A DNA stretch of 64,000 nt from Fimbriimonadales bacterium (GTDB lineage Bacteria > Armatimonadota > Fimbriimonadia > Fimbriimonadales > ATM1): contig JBGTLG010000039.1 of the NCBI GenBank assembly GCA_041744215.1, forward strand, positions 32,001-96,000. Direction: 5' to 3'. Positions 33,402 through 43,379 of this stretch are shown in pieces. Below the pieces are notes generated by a model. The model was not told the DNA's origin and searched no databases. It saw only the letters and a list, made by a program, of their open reading frames with translations. Position numbers and translations under genes: made by a program. The stretch's first letter is position 1. Each line of letters begins with the position of its first letter.

Positions 33402-35156
33402 CTAGGGCGCGATTTGACACCACTCGTTCCAACTTGTGGCGTTGCTTAAAGACAGCAGGTTGTAGGTTGGCCAGTAGGACTGAGTTGCGGGGCCGAACTC
33501 AATAGAAAGACCAGTTGCGTTTGGCCTTAGCGTATTGTTATGATTGTGCACGACAGCCGCTTGTACTGCAGCCACGACCGCGTCGCAGGCAGAGCCAATT
33601 CCCGAATGGGCGATCAGTGCCTTCAGCCGAGCCGCAACATGCCCCAAGTCACGGTACACATGGCCGTATTGCGCTCCAAAAGCCTCTGAAGACTGGCGCG
33701 CTTGAACAATCTCCGTGTTGTACGTGCCTGCCGTCGCAATCAGCTCGTTCCCGAGAGCATCGATGGCGTTAGCCAAGTTTTGGAGTTGCGAAGTGCGTAC
33801 TGAGCTCTGCGTAATCGCGCGGGTTTCTCCGTAGAACTGGAGCATCCCGAGCCCAAAGTGCTGCAAGAACGTCTCAGTCGGGAGATTTGGGTTGTCTCGA
33901 AGAGGTCCGAAAACGAGGTGATAAGGGAGGCCTTCGCCAGGAGGGCTCTCTTCCGAACCCACGACATAAGCGACTCGATCCTTGACTTCGTAGGCAACTT
34001 CGATCATTTGCATCAAGCTCGCATCCCAAGAGAGGACGTCAATCGTGTCGATCGAGTCCAATGCTTGTGCTAACTCATGCGTCTTGATGTAGGTTCCGAA
34101 CTCGTCGTCAAAACTGACCCCTCGTGTTGGCGCAATCGGCTCTTCGTCGCGCCAACCAGACCCATGATTCCAAACGACGACAACATATCGCTCCGCTGGA
34201 TAGTAAGTCATCCCCCAATTGATGAAGTCCCGCAAAGTTTCCTTTGCACCCATGTCAATTCCCTGCCCAAGATCCTGAACCAGCTCACTCTGGATGTTCG
34301 CCCAGCCATTGTTGGGGTCGTTGTCATAGGTCACGTGGTAGCGCCGCGTGCCGGTCCAAGGTGCGCCAAACCCGAGCGATTGAACTCGCTTCCATTGCAC
34401 GATGAACCGAACATCAGCGTTGTTAGCGACGCGCTCCATCTGGTTGACGTTGAGATCACTGAACGTGTCCAGATCGTTCGCAGCATTCAAGAACACCAAC
34501 ACGGTCCACTTCGTATTCGTTGTTTGAATGGGCGTGACGTTGATGACGGCAGTATTCTGGAAACCGGATTGAGAATCGGTCGCGCGAATCACCCCTTGAC
34601 CTTGCGTCTCACCGATGACAATTCCATCGGAGTTCACACTTGCGTGGCCATTGAGGGCTACCCAGCTGAAGGAGCCAGGAGGTGTGAACAGCGTATCCCC
34701 CGCCGCATCCTTGACGACAGCATAAAGCTGGACACTTCGTTGCACCGCGATGGTTGCGCTCGGCGGCGATACGACGACGGTAGCCGCAGTTCCTTGCACA
34801 CGGGTTCGATATGTCGAGGTCGATGCAGTAAACGAAGCAAGATCATTGATCTCGCCCAGCACGGAACCTTGTGCGCTTGGCTGAGAATACAGCAACACTC
34901 GAACATGATAACTTCCCCGCTTCAGCCCGTTGAACTCAGCCGACTGCACACCGCCTGTGTCGTTGTTGATTACAATCTCCGTGAAACCGCCGGACACAGG
35001 ATCGGCGAGGCGGATGCGCTGGCTCAAGGAGGAGAGTCCGCCAGTCCAATCCGTCGTGTAGATAAGTTTGATAAGTCCTGCTCCGCCTCCACCGCAACCG
35101 CTGAGTGCGAGCAGTCCAGTGACGACGAGCAACAAAGTCCATCGGACGAGAAACAC
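33402..35156 (-). CDS. Lipoprotein with Ig-like domain and clostripain (C11) domain, catalytic Cys replaced by Ser
   Basis: LSGC lipobox; KWTVLVFLNAANDL, WNHGSGW, WDASLMQMIEVAYE, GSEE. Confidence 0.88.
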   Translation of the reverse strand: MFLVRWTLLLVVTGLLALSGCGGGGAGLIKLIYTTDWTGGLSSLSQRIRLADPVSGGFTEIVINNDTGGVQSAEFNGLKRGSYHVRVLLYSQPSAQGSVLGEINDLASFTASTSTYRTRVQGTAATVVVSPPSATIAVQRSVQLYAVVKDAAGDTLFTPPGSFSWVALNGHASVNSDGIVIGETQGQGVIRATDSQSGFQNTAVINVTPIQTTNTKWTVLVFLNAANDLDTFSDLNVNQMERVANNADVRFIVQWKRVQSLGFGAPWTGTRRYHVTYDNDPNNGWANIQSELVQDLGQGIDMGAKETLRDFINWGMTYYPAERYVVVVWNHGSGWRDEEPIAPTRGVSFDDEFGTYIKTHELAQALDSIDTIDVLSWDASLMQMIEVAYEVKDRVAYVVGSEESPPGEGLPYHLVFGPLRDNPNLPTETFLQHFGLGMLQFYGETRAITQSSVRTSQLQNLANAIDALGNELIATAGTYNTEIVQARQSSEAFGAQYGHVYRDLGHVAARLKALIAHSGIGSACDAVVAAVQAAVVHNHNNTLRPNATGLSIEFGPATQSYWPTYNLLSLSNATSWNEWCQIAP

Positions 35157-35231
35157 AGTATATAGGACGCCACTCAGTCGCTTCGGTTCTCATTTCATTT
35201 TCATCTGCCGTCCCATCGGTAGAATGTCCCG

Positions 35232-36968
35232 ATGGCAATTGAGGGTGCGGCTAGGGCAATCTGGACAACCAAGACGCGTGAGCTGGTGCTCGAGGCGGCC
35301 TTAGAGCGTGAACTGGGCATCCCCAAACTCCTCGCTGCGGTCCTCATCGCACGGGGGTTCACCGAGCCTGACGAGGCGTCGAAGTTTTTGTCCCCGAGCC
35401 TCGCCGATCTCCACGATCCGCTCCTGCTCCCAGATTGCGCCGAAGCCGTCCGCCAACTGCTCCAAGCGAAAGAGGCAAACGAGCGGATCTATGTCCACGG
35501 CGATTACGATGTCGATGGAGTTTCAAGTGCTGCCCTTTGGACCCGCAGCCTTCGTAGACTCGGATTTGATGTCGTGCCTCATGTGCCGCATCGCATACGT
35601 GAAGGTTACGGAATTCACCGTCTCGCAGTTGAGGAAGCTCGAGATGCGGGGTGCAAGCTGTTTTTGACGTGCGACTGTGGATCATCCGCGCATGTGACCG
35701 TTGCTATGGCGCGATCCTTCGGCATGCGCGTTGTGGTCACAGATCACCACGAAGTCGGCGACGTCGCCCCGGAGGCAGAAGCTCTCGTCAATCCACACCG
35801 AAAGGACAGCGCTTATCCATACAAGCACTTGGCTGGAGTTGGCGTAGCGTACAAAGTAGCGCAAGCAGTTGCGGAAGAGTGCGGCGCGTCGCGCCAACAG
35901 TTTGAGAGGGCATTCCTTGATTTGGTTGCGCTGGGAACAATCGCCGACGTAGTGCCGCTCACCGGCGAAAACCGAATCCTGGCGTGGCACGGACTTGAAC
36001 GGCTCTCACAAACAAAGAAACCCGGGCTCCGAGCGCTGATTTCTAAAGCAATCAAGAAGCCGGCCCGACCATTGAACTCACGGGATGTTGGGTGGGCTTT
36101 GGGCCCAAGACTGAATGCCGCAGGCCGGATCGACGACGCAGAACACTCGCTTCGCCTGCTGCTCACTGACGATTTCACAGAAGCAGAAGAGAAGGCCGAA
36201 CTCCTAGATCAGCACAATCGATCTCGGCGAGTCGAGCAGGATCGAATCCTCGCTTACGCCGAGGAGATCGTGCTGGAGCGGAGGCTTCACGAGGGCCCGC
36301 TCATCATCGTCGCTGCGCAAGGCTGGCACACCGGAGTAGTCGGAATAGTTGCTGGGAAGCTTGCCGAGCGCTACTACAGACCAAGTTTCGTCGCGAGCAT
36401 TGGTGCTGATGGGGTCGCCAAAGGATCGGCCCGCAGCATCCCAGGGTTCAACCTCCATGACCTGCTGACAGCTCATTCCGACCTATTCCTGTCTGGAGGG
36501 GGCCACGAACGCGCGGCGGGCTTCTCCATCGACGCTGGACGCCTTGAAGAGGCACAGGAGCGGCTGGAAGCGTACGCGGAAAACTTGCTGTCACCAGAAG
36601 ACCTGGTCCCGAAGATCGAGGCGGATTTGACGCTTCATGCCGATGACCTGACGTTCGCGGGCGTGGAGGCACTCAGCAAGTGTGAGCCGTTTGGCGAAGG
36701 TAACCCCGCGGTTCGGTTCGTCATCTCCGGGTCTCCGTTCTCGTTCGTCCAACCCACCTCAAAGCCGGAACATGTGAGGTTTGGTTTGGCGGGCACTGCA
36801 AATCTAACTGGGATCGGATTCTCGTTTGGAGAGCGCCTTGCTCGTTACAGTGCAGGGGACCAAGTCGACTTGCTCGTCGAGCCAGAAATCGACGAGTTCA
36901 ACGGGAGCCGCAAGGTCAATCTGCGACTCACCAACCTACAGTCCGACCGGGAATCTTCCGAGTGTTGA
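35232..36968 (+). CDS. recJ: Single-stranded-DNA exonuclease
   Basis: GDYDVDG, TCDCG, TDHH, GTIADV, PRLNAAGR, GSARS, GGGHERAAG, PFGEGNP. Confidence 0.98.
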   Translation: MAIEGAARAIWTTKTRELVLEAALERELGIPKLLAAVLIARGFTEPDEASKFLSPSLADLHDPLLLPDCAEAVRQLLQAKEANERIYVHGDYDVDGVSSAALWTRSLRRLGFDVVPHVPHRIREGYGIHRLAVEEARDAGCKLFLTCDCGSSAHVTVAMARSFGMRVVVTDHHEVGDVAPEAEALVNPHRKDSAYPYKHLAGVGVAYKVAQAVAEECGASRQQFERAFLDLVALGTIADVVPLTGENRILAWHGLERLSQTKKPGLRALISKAIKKPARPLNSRDVGWALGPRLNAAGRIDDAEHSLRLLLTDDFTEAEEKAELLDQHNRSRRVEQDRILAYAEEIVLERRLHEGPLIIVAAQGWHTGVVGIVAGKLAERYYRPSFVASIGADGVAKGSARSIPGFNLHDLLTAHSDLFLSGGGHERAAGFSIDAGRLEEAQERLEAYAENLLSPEDLVPKIEADLTLHADDLTFAGVEALSKCEPFGEGNPAVRFVISGSPFSFVQPTSKPEHVRFGLAGTANLTGIGFSFGERLARYSAGDQVDLLVEPEIDEFNGSRKVNLRLTNLQSDRESSEC

Positions 36969-38045
36969 TTCAGTTTGTGGAGCTTGCGCGATCGGTGTCC
37001 GTCTAAGCGCGCTTCGCTGCTGTAGCGATGACGGATCAGCCACGACCGCCACTTGTGCCGCCACGAGCGTCGCTCCCCTGCGAAGCTGGAGCTGAACAAT
37101 CTCGCCGACTTGCCGTTCGAACAAGAATGCGGCGAAGTCGAAGCTGTTCTCAATCAAGTCGCCTCCAGCTGTCAAAACGACATCCCCAGGCTTAACGCCC
37201 GCGACCGCAGAAGGCCCTCCATCGACGACCCTCGAGATGACTGTCTGCCCGCTCTTGTTTGTCTCGAAAAAGATGCCGAGATATGGGTGCTGCACGATTC
37301 CATTGTTGCTGACGAACCCGGTTACAACCCGATTGAGAATCTTGAGTCCGAGGGAGTAAGTCGTGGCCGCCGGCCGCGGCCCCTGGATTGTGTCGGCGGC
37401 TCGCTCTGCGAGTGCCTTCGTAGTCCCAGCGTCAATACCTGTTCTCGGGGCGATCCCGCCACCGCCCGCACCTTGGCCGGGGGTCACCAGAGATGCTAAC
37501 AACAATCCTGCGAGATTTCCGGCAGTGTCGAAAAACGGCGCGCCGCCGAGTGGAACCCCTCCCCGTTCAAGCCTCACTTCGATCAAAGGGACGTATCGGC
37601 GACTATAGGACATCACTCCAGTTACGCTGGCCTTAGTGATCTCGGCTCTCGCGGAGCCCGTGGGCAGTACAACGAGGACAGTACCGCGCTCGGTCGCTGT
37701 CGAAAGCTTCGCAGGCTTCACTGCTTCAGGTGCCTGTGCTAGCCGAACCAGCGCGATGTCGGTGACTGAGTCATAAGCTTCGACAGCTAACTTCGTGCGG
37801 AAACCACTCGAAAAAGTCGCGTCCATACCGAGGCGTGGGTTACCATCCGGGCCAAATGCGACGTCCCCAGTAGTAATCGCGATGCCCTTCGGCCCAACTA
37901 CCACTCCCTGACCAAGCGTGACCCCAGAAAGGCTGATGGTCAAGCTGGCGGACTCTGCCGACTCCGCCAGCTTGGAGCTAAGCGGGGACGTCAGGCCGTC
38001 TTGGCCAGACAGTGCAATGGCTAGGCTAATTACTGAGTACCACAT
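36936..38045 (-). CDS. HtrA/DegP-like trypsin + PDZ protein, probably catalytically inactive
   Basis: GQGVVV, TDIALVRL, PFFDTAGNLAGL, PYLGI, PDZ GPSAVAGVKPGDVV; His and Ser motifs altered. Confidence 0.82.
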   Translation of the reverse strand: MWYSVISLAIALSGQDGLTSPLSSKLAESAESASLTISLSGVTLGQGVVVGPKGIAITTGDVAFGPDGNPRLGMDATFSSGFRTKLAVEAYDSVTDIALVRLAQAPEAVKPAKLSTATERGTVLVVLPTGSARAEITKASVTGVMSYSRRYVPLIEVRLERGGVPLGGAPFFDTAGNLAGLLLASLVTPGQGAGGGGIAPRTGIDAGTTKALAERAADTIQGPRPAATTYSLGLKILNRVVTGFVSNNGIVQHPYLGIFFETNKSGQTVISRVVDGGPSAVAGVKPGDVVLTAGGDLIENSFDFAAFLFERQVGEIVQLQLRRGATLVAAQVAVVADPSSLQQRSALRRTPIAQAPQTESTLGRFPVGL

Positions 38046-38712
38046 CTCTTGGAGATCTCAATTCTGTCGCATCGCTCGTGCCGTCAATTCCTGAGCCGCT
38101 GGGATTAATGAAGACAACTGCTTCGAGTGCGTCTAGGGACTCCGTGGGGTCCTCTAGTACGGGTGCCGTCCGCGTGGGTGGGTCCACTGTTTTAACGGCC
38201 GCCTTGACAGGCGTGCGCTTACGCACCGCCGGCGCCGCTTTCGCTGGCGCAGACTCGGTCACCACCGGGGTCGACTCTGCAGGCTGAGGCGGCGGAGCGA
38301 GAAACGGGCTCGTTGCAGCACCGAGTCCGGTACCACTTGGCTCAGCTTGCTCTGCGATTACCCGGTCGCTCAGAGGATCAACGGGCTTGTGCGCGTCTGG
38401 CAGGAAAATGTAAATCGCCAACGCAACAGCGGCGACAGCCGAAGACGCGAGGCCGATCCATTGCCACTGCCACCGTCCATTGCTCCGAATTTCGGACGAC
38501 AAAATCGCCTCACGCAAGCTTTCTGCGCTGAGTTGCTGCTCCGGTGGCGCCGGCAGGGATTTGACTCCCGACGCTGCGACGGAGTAAGTGTCGTAAGCAG
38601 TCCGCGCCTCCGAAGATTCTGCAAGCAGATTCTCCGCGAGCACGGCCTCGGCTGCGCTGAGTTCGCCATAGGCATACAGCATCATAAAATCGTCTAGTTT
38701 TTTGCCTTTCAT
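38026..38712 (-). CDS. Putative transmembrane anti-sigma factor
   Basis: YAYGELS N-terminus (ZAS-like, lacking Cys/His), single TM, Pro/Ala linker; ATGA overlap with sigma gene. Confidence 0.75.
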   Translation of the reverse strand: MKGKKLDDFMMLYAYGELSAAEAVLAENLLAESSEARTAYDTYSVAASGVKSLPAPPEQQLSAESLREAILSSEIRSNGRWQWQWIGLASSAVAAVALAIYIFLPDAHKPVDPLSDRVIAEQAEPSGTGLGAATSPFLAPPPQPAESTPVVTESAPAKAAPAVRKRTPVKAAVKTVDPPTRTAPVLEDPTESLDALEAVVFINPSGSGIDGTSDATELRSPRDVVLSN

Positions 38713-39356
38713 TTCGTCTTTGGCTCCTGGTCGCGTAGCATCGGCTCAAGGCGATCTCGAAGTGCCCGTCGAGCTCGAAGCACCCTCAGTTTTGCACCTC
38801 CGACTGTACACCCGAGGATTTCACCAATCTCCGTATACTCTCTTTCCTCAAAATCTCGCAAAAGGATAACGTTGCGATGGTGGGCCGGCAACGCCATAAC
38901 CGCTTTACGTACCAATTCTGCGCGGCGATCCGCCTCCATATTCTCGTTGGGATCAACGACTTTCCCTATGGTCATCCACTCAAGCCCGCCGGTCGCCTCC
39001 TGCTGCTCCAGGTTTCCGCGACGGGTTGTCATTCGGCCTCGATCAGTACATAGGTTCGTGACAATGCGTAGAATCCAGGTCGTAAACTTCGCCTGCTCCC
39101 GAAACTTGTGCAGGTTCTGAAACGCGCGCACGAAGGCTTCTTGGGTGGCGTCTTCTGCCTCGTCTCGGGAGTGAGTCATTTGGTATGCGAATCGGTAAAC
39201 CGTATTGCGATGCAGTTCGTAGAGCCGCTCAAAAGACGCGTAGTCGCCGTCGCGGGCTGCGCGAATGAGGTCGTCATCGGTATCCGTCACGCGAACGCCA
39301 TGTGCTGCGGAGAAGGCTGCTGCTTCCATCGGGTCTTTCGGGTCCTTGCGATCCAT
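38709..39356 (-). CDS. ECF RNA polymerase sigma factor
   Basis: AEDATQEAFVRAF, FTTWILRIVTN, region 4 EIGEILGCTVGGAKLRVLRAR; start uncertain (39356/39371). Confidence 0.95.
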   Translation of the reverse strand: MDRKDPKDPMEAAAFSAAHGVRVTDTDDDLIRAARDGDYASFERLYELHRNTVYRFAYQMTHSRDEAEDATQEAFVRAFQNLHKFREQAKFTTWILRIVTNLCTDRGRMTTRRGNLEQQEATGGLEWMTIGKVVDPNENMEADRRAELVRKAVMALPAHHRNVILLRDFEEREYTEIGEILGCTVGGAKLRVLRARRALRDRLEPMLRDQEPKTK

Positions 39357-39409
39357 GTTCTTGACGCTCAATCGGCTTTGCGGTTACGATTACAGGGCAG
39401 GATAGCCCA

Positions 39410-39997
39410 GTGAACCCCAAGATGCTCCACATTCTCCGACTCGACGCTCACGAGGCGGCACCTCGGCTCGTTGGTGCCAGGTTCGCCTTCGGTGGCTGCT
39501 CGGGGATCATCGTTGAGGCCGAAGCCTACGGCGAGGCGGACCCTGCCAGCCATTCCTACGGAGGAAGACGGCCACGCAATGCAACGATGTTCAAGGAGGC
39601 CGGAAGGTTATACGTTTATAGGTCGTACGGCGTGCACTGGTGCGTCAACCTGGTCACCGGGCATGAAGGGAGCGGGCAGGCGGTTCTGCTCAGAGCGCTC
39701 GAGCCGAGGGAGGGTGTCGAGCAGATGAAGATTCGGCGGGGGTTCCACTCCGCATTCGAGCGGCTGTGCGCCGGGCCTGGGAATCTCAGCGCTGCCTTTG
39801 GTATCTCCGGCGAACATGACGGCGCGGAGCTGGGTAACGAGTTCGAGCTGTCGGCTTGCGAGGTTCGCAAGGTTTGGGCGGGCCCCCGTATCGGGGTCAC
39901 CCAGGCGGCGATGGTTCCGTGGCGATTCTTCGACCCTGGGTCACGGTTTCTCAGCCGAAAGGCGCTGCGTGGATCTGCCCGAATTGAACCCCGATAG
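39410..39997 (+). CDS. mpg: DNA-3-methyladenine glycosylase (MPG/AAG family)
   Basis: [45 protein letters not shown]. Confidence 0.95.
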   Translation: MNPKMLHILRLDAHEAAPRLVGARFAFGGCSGIIVEAEAYGEADPASHSYGGRRPRNATMFKEAGRLYVYRSYGVHWCVNLVTGHEGSGQAVLLRALEPREGVEQMKIRRGFHSAFERLCAGPGNLSAAFGISGEHDGAELGNEFELSACEVRKVWAGPRIGVTQAAMVPWRFFDPGSRFLSRKALRGSARIEPR

Positions 39998-40111
39998 GCC
40001 GTCTGGCAGAGATTTTCAAAAAAATCTTAAAAAGTTCGCTCAAATTTGCCAAAAGTGCTGTATCTTGATGATTGATCTCTGCTCGTGCAGACAGGCAATG
40101 CGTCAGAAAAG

Positions 40112-40145
40112 GGGCCCGCTACGGTGGGCCCTACTTCTTTATTGT
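40112..40145 (+). terminator. Intrinsic terminator-like hairpin
   Basis: GGGCCCGC-TACG-GTGGGCCC followed by TACTTCTTTATTGT. Confidence 0.7.
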
Positions 40146-40295
40146 CCAAGCTATCGAGGTCATTTGGTGTCACGGGGGCCGAGATTAGGTGGCCTGTGGG
40201 CCCGCATTTCCTCAGACCAGGAATCCTCCCAGCTGCCCCACTGCGCGCTCCGCGTGAAGTTACTGAGCTGGCTACCGAGTAGACTTTTGTTTGGA

Positions 40296-41519
40296 ATGAC
40301 CTCTGAGCGCAGACTTTTCTATCCAAGGCGACCAACGCGCTCGATCCGCGTCGGCGACAAATGGATCGGGGGGGATCACCCGATCCTCGTTCAGAGCATG
40401 ATTACTGAAGAGACGCGGAACGTAGACGCCTGTGTGGACCAGATCATCGCATTGCATGAAGCGGGGTGTGAATTGGTCAGAGTCACAACACCCACACTTG
40501 AGGAAGCACGATGCCTCGAAGAGATTCGCGCAAGGGTGATTGAACGGCACGGTGAGGTTCCTCTCACCGCAGACGTTCACCATCAGGGTGCGCCAATCGC
40601 CATCGAGGCAGCGAAGTGGGTCGACGAAGTGCGTGTGAATCCAGGTCTTTTCGTCTTTCGCAAGCACACTGGTCAAGAGGAGTATTCGTACCAGGAGCAC
40701 GAAGCGGAGCGCGCAGCGATTGAAGAATCCTTTGCTCCCGTTATCGAAGCTTGCAAGTCGCGTGATATTGCTATGCGCATAGGCGTCAATCACGGATCGC
40801 TTTCGGAGAGAATGTTAGTGACGTACGGCGATACACCGGATGGGATGGTGGAAAGCGCTCTGGAATACATTCGCGTTTGCGAGCAGCACGGATATCGCAA
40901 CATCAACATCAGCGCGAAAGCGAGTCGAGTTCCGATCATGCTCGCTGCAAATCGTTTACTAGCAAATCGGATGGACGCAGAAGGCATGGACTATCCGCTA
41001 CACCTGGGAGTGACAGAAGCTGGCGACGGCGATTATGCGCGTATCAAGTCGACAACTGGTATTGCTACATTGCTTGCTGAAGGCATAGGAGACACGATTC
41101 GCGTTTCGCTCGCAGAGGACCCCATTAACGAGATACCGGTTTGTTACGACATACTACAAGCACTCGGACTCCGGCGAACAAAAACTGAGTTTATCGCCTG
41201 CCCATCGTGTGGCAGAACTAAGTTTGATTTGCCAAGCGTCTTCCGGCAAGTAAAGGAGGCGACGGGTCATCTTAGCGGGCTCGATATCGCGGTGATGGGA
41301 TGCATTGTAAATGGCCCGGGCGAAATGGCAGACGCTGACTACGGATACGTGGGAAAGGCCGGTGGGATGATCACCCTCTATCGAAAGCGGGAGCCAGTGC
41401 GCACGATATCTCAAGAGGATGGTGTTGCAGCCCTGATCGAACTTCTCAAGGAAGATGGAGTTTGGATTGAGCCGACCGCCGCCGGTGAGGGCCAGCGTCA
41501 GCTTCGCGTGCTTGGTTAG
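40296..41519 (+). CDS. ispG: (E)-4-hydroxy-3-methylbut-2-enyl-diphosphate synthase
   Basis: [57 protein letters not shown]; start ATG 40296. Confidence 0.98.
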   Translation: MTSERRLFYPRRPTRSIRVGDKWIGGDHPILVQSMITEETRNVDACVDQIIALHEAGCELVRVTTPTLEEARCLEEIRARVIERHGEVPLTADVHHQGAPIAIEAAKWVDEVRVNPGLFVFRKHTGQEEYSYQEHEAERAAIEESFAPVIEACKSRDIAMRIGVNHGSLSERMLVTYGDTPDGMVESALEYIRVCEQHGYRNINISAKASRVPIMLAANRLLANRMDAEGMDYPLHLGVTEAGDGDYARIKSTTGIATLLAEGIGDTIRVSLAEDPINEIPVCYDILQALGLRRTKTEFIACPSCGRTKFDLPSVFRQVKEATGHLSGLDIAVMGCIVNGPGEMADADYGYVGKAGGMITLYRKREPVRTISQEDGVAALIELLKEDGVWIEPTAAGEGQRQLRVLG

Positions 41520-41523
41520 CGCA

Positions 41524-43290
41524 CTACTTTGGGAATCCCGCCATCGCTTCGGTGTGAGCCGCCTCTCCTGCTACCCAATCGGGAGTACCGGGGGTGCACT
41601 CGCTAGGGTCAGTCATCTCAGAAGACACTTTCGCGTTCTTCATCGAGTTTGGATCCGCAGGATCGTCACCTGCTCCAAACACCCATTTTAGCCGCATCTT
41701 CCACCTAAACATCTTGCAAATCTTGCCATCCTTTATGAAGTATGTGTAGAACTCAACTTCCTCTACGATGACCTTCGCTCGTGTCCGTGGTGGCGTGTTA
41801 TTCGTGTAGTGCGCAAATGCTTGCTTGGCCCGCTGTGGACGGTCAATCATCTCTCCTTTGTCTTGATGAGGATAGTCAGGGTTCTTTGCAGCGCGACCTG
41901 CATCGTTTGTGTCGATTTGCCACTGTGGAGGTGTGGCACCATCCGGCTCGGGAACGTATCGCCCATCGACTAGCGCCGCGCGCTTCAGATTGTTCTCAGC
42001 GTCTCCGACGTAGGTGGTCGAACGAACGACTTGCCTCCATTTGCCACCGGCGCAGTCGGAGCCCTTGTACTTAAAGTGCACTCGATACTGCCCTCCCCTA
42101 AACAACTTTCCGTCCTTGTCAAAGCTGATCACATAGAGCTTCTGCAGCCAAATGATGACGTCATCAAAAGTCTTCTTCTCGGGTTTTTCCCAATGCTGCC
42201 ATTTGGAATCGTCATTCGGATCGCCTTTGTTTTGTTTATCAGTCTTGGCGTCCGGCTTGAAGCCCTGCGGGCCGACCTTGGTCGCTCCACCTAACTCGGT
42301 CTCGTCACCTTGAACTCCGTCAGGATGCTTTTCGTGAGGCTTGAATCCTGGGGGGCACTTCTTTTCGTCTACTGCCTGAGGTGCGTTGGGCTGTTCGGGT
42401 GGCTTTGCTTGAAGCAGGAACGATCCGGCCCGCTTGCTCATCAGCAGCAATTGGTAACCGCATATCCCAGTCGCACGAACCATCTCTTCCGTTACTTCGA
42501 ATTCGCGGTCGTTGCCACCTTGCATATCTACAACATCAGGCGACAGGTTGATAACTCGAACCTTTAATGGCTCTTCCAAGTCTTGGCAACCCGAAACGGT
42601 CAACTGAACGTTTACGTTCTCACCGGCTAACACTGTGTTCTTGTCAGCCTCGAGCGAAAGGCCGATGACACGAATCCTGTCGCCACCCGAGTTTTCTCCC
42701 TCAGTGCAACTGATTGTCGTGGGCCCCAGTTCATCGGGCGGGCAAACGACGATGGCTTTGCGTGGCGACTCTGCGATGATGGGTACTGGCGACGATCCCA
42801 AGTAAGCTTGCGTGTTTTTCAGTTGCCCATCGAAGGGACCAAAAACTTGCACTGGACTGCCCGGGGTCGTAAACTGGGGGAAGTGGAAATCTCCTGCCGC
42901 AATGCCCGGTGGTGCATAAGGAACAGTCAGAGTGCCGCGCGTACGTCCCGAAGGCTCCGCTAGTTTAAGTTCGAACGCGCCCTCCGCCACCCCTGATGGG
43001 AATTGCCACTCAAACTGCGGTCCGTTAGGCGATGCGTCGCCGCCAGGGCTCGTGACGACTAAGCCCTGAAGGGTCGATGCATTGGCCTCCCTCTCTCCCG
43101 GACTCGCCCCTGCAGGTATAGCAACAACAGTCCCCGATATTCGATCACCAGCCTGCAGGTCATCCGGGAGGTAGATCCTCACGGCACCCTGCGGTGTGTT
43201 GAAGGTTGCGGTAGTTAGTCCGCCTGACGAACCGAGCTGCGTCTGAGCGGGAAAGGCAAGAGCAATACTAAGGGCAATCATTGAGACCAT
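41524..43290 (-). CDS. Secreted multidomain hypothetical protein (Ig-like N-terminus, distinct C-terminal domain)
   Basis: AGGAGG SD, signal peptide, 588-aa ORF. Confidence 0.8.
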   Translation of the reverse strand: MVSMIALSIALAFPAQTQLGSSGGLTTATFNTPQGAVRIYLPDDLQAGDRISGTVVAIPAGASPGEREANASTLQGLVVTSPGGDASPNGPQFEWQFPSGVAEGAFELKLAEPSGRTRGTLTVPYAPPGIAAGDFHFPQFTTPGSPVQVFGPFDGQLKNTQAYLGSSPVPIIAESPRKAIVVCPPDELGPTTISCTEGENSGGDRIRVIGLSLEADKNTVLAGENVNVQLTVSGCQDLEEPLKVRVINLSPDVVDMQGGNDREFEVTEEMVRATGICGYQLLLMSKRAGSFLLQAKPPEQPNAPQAVDEKKCPPGFKPHEKHPDGVQGDETELGGATKVGPQGFKPDAKTDKQNKGDPNDDSKWQHWEKPEKKTFDDVIIWLQKLYVISFDKDGKLFRGGQYRVHFKYKGSDCAGGKWRQVVRSTTYVGDAENNLKRAALVDGRYVPEPDGATPPQWQIDTNDAGRAAKNPDYPHQDKGEMIDRPQRAKQAFAHYTNNTPPRTRAKVIVEEVEFYTYFIKDGKICKMFRWKMRLKWVFGAGDDPADPNSMKNAKVSSEMTDPSECTPGTPDWVAGEAAHTEAMAGFPK

Positions 43291-43379
43291 CTAGAGTCCC
43301 TCCTTGGGAGCATTATCCCCAATTTCACTTCGACCCCTCGGTTGCGGTAATGTTCCGCCGAACAAGGAGGAACCTACAC

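Noticed and set aside
34077-35165. 362-aa plus-strand ORF
   Set aside because: Antisense shadow of the clostripain-like gene with no recognisable motifs; common in GC-rich DNA.
39798-40295. 166-aa N-terminal extension of IspG in the ORF track
   Set aside because: It overlaps mpg and crosses a terminator-like hairpin; IspG similarity begins at ATG 40296.
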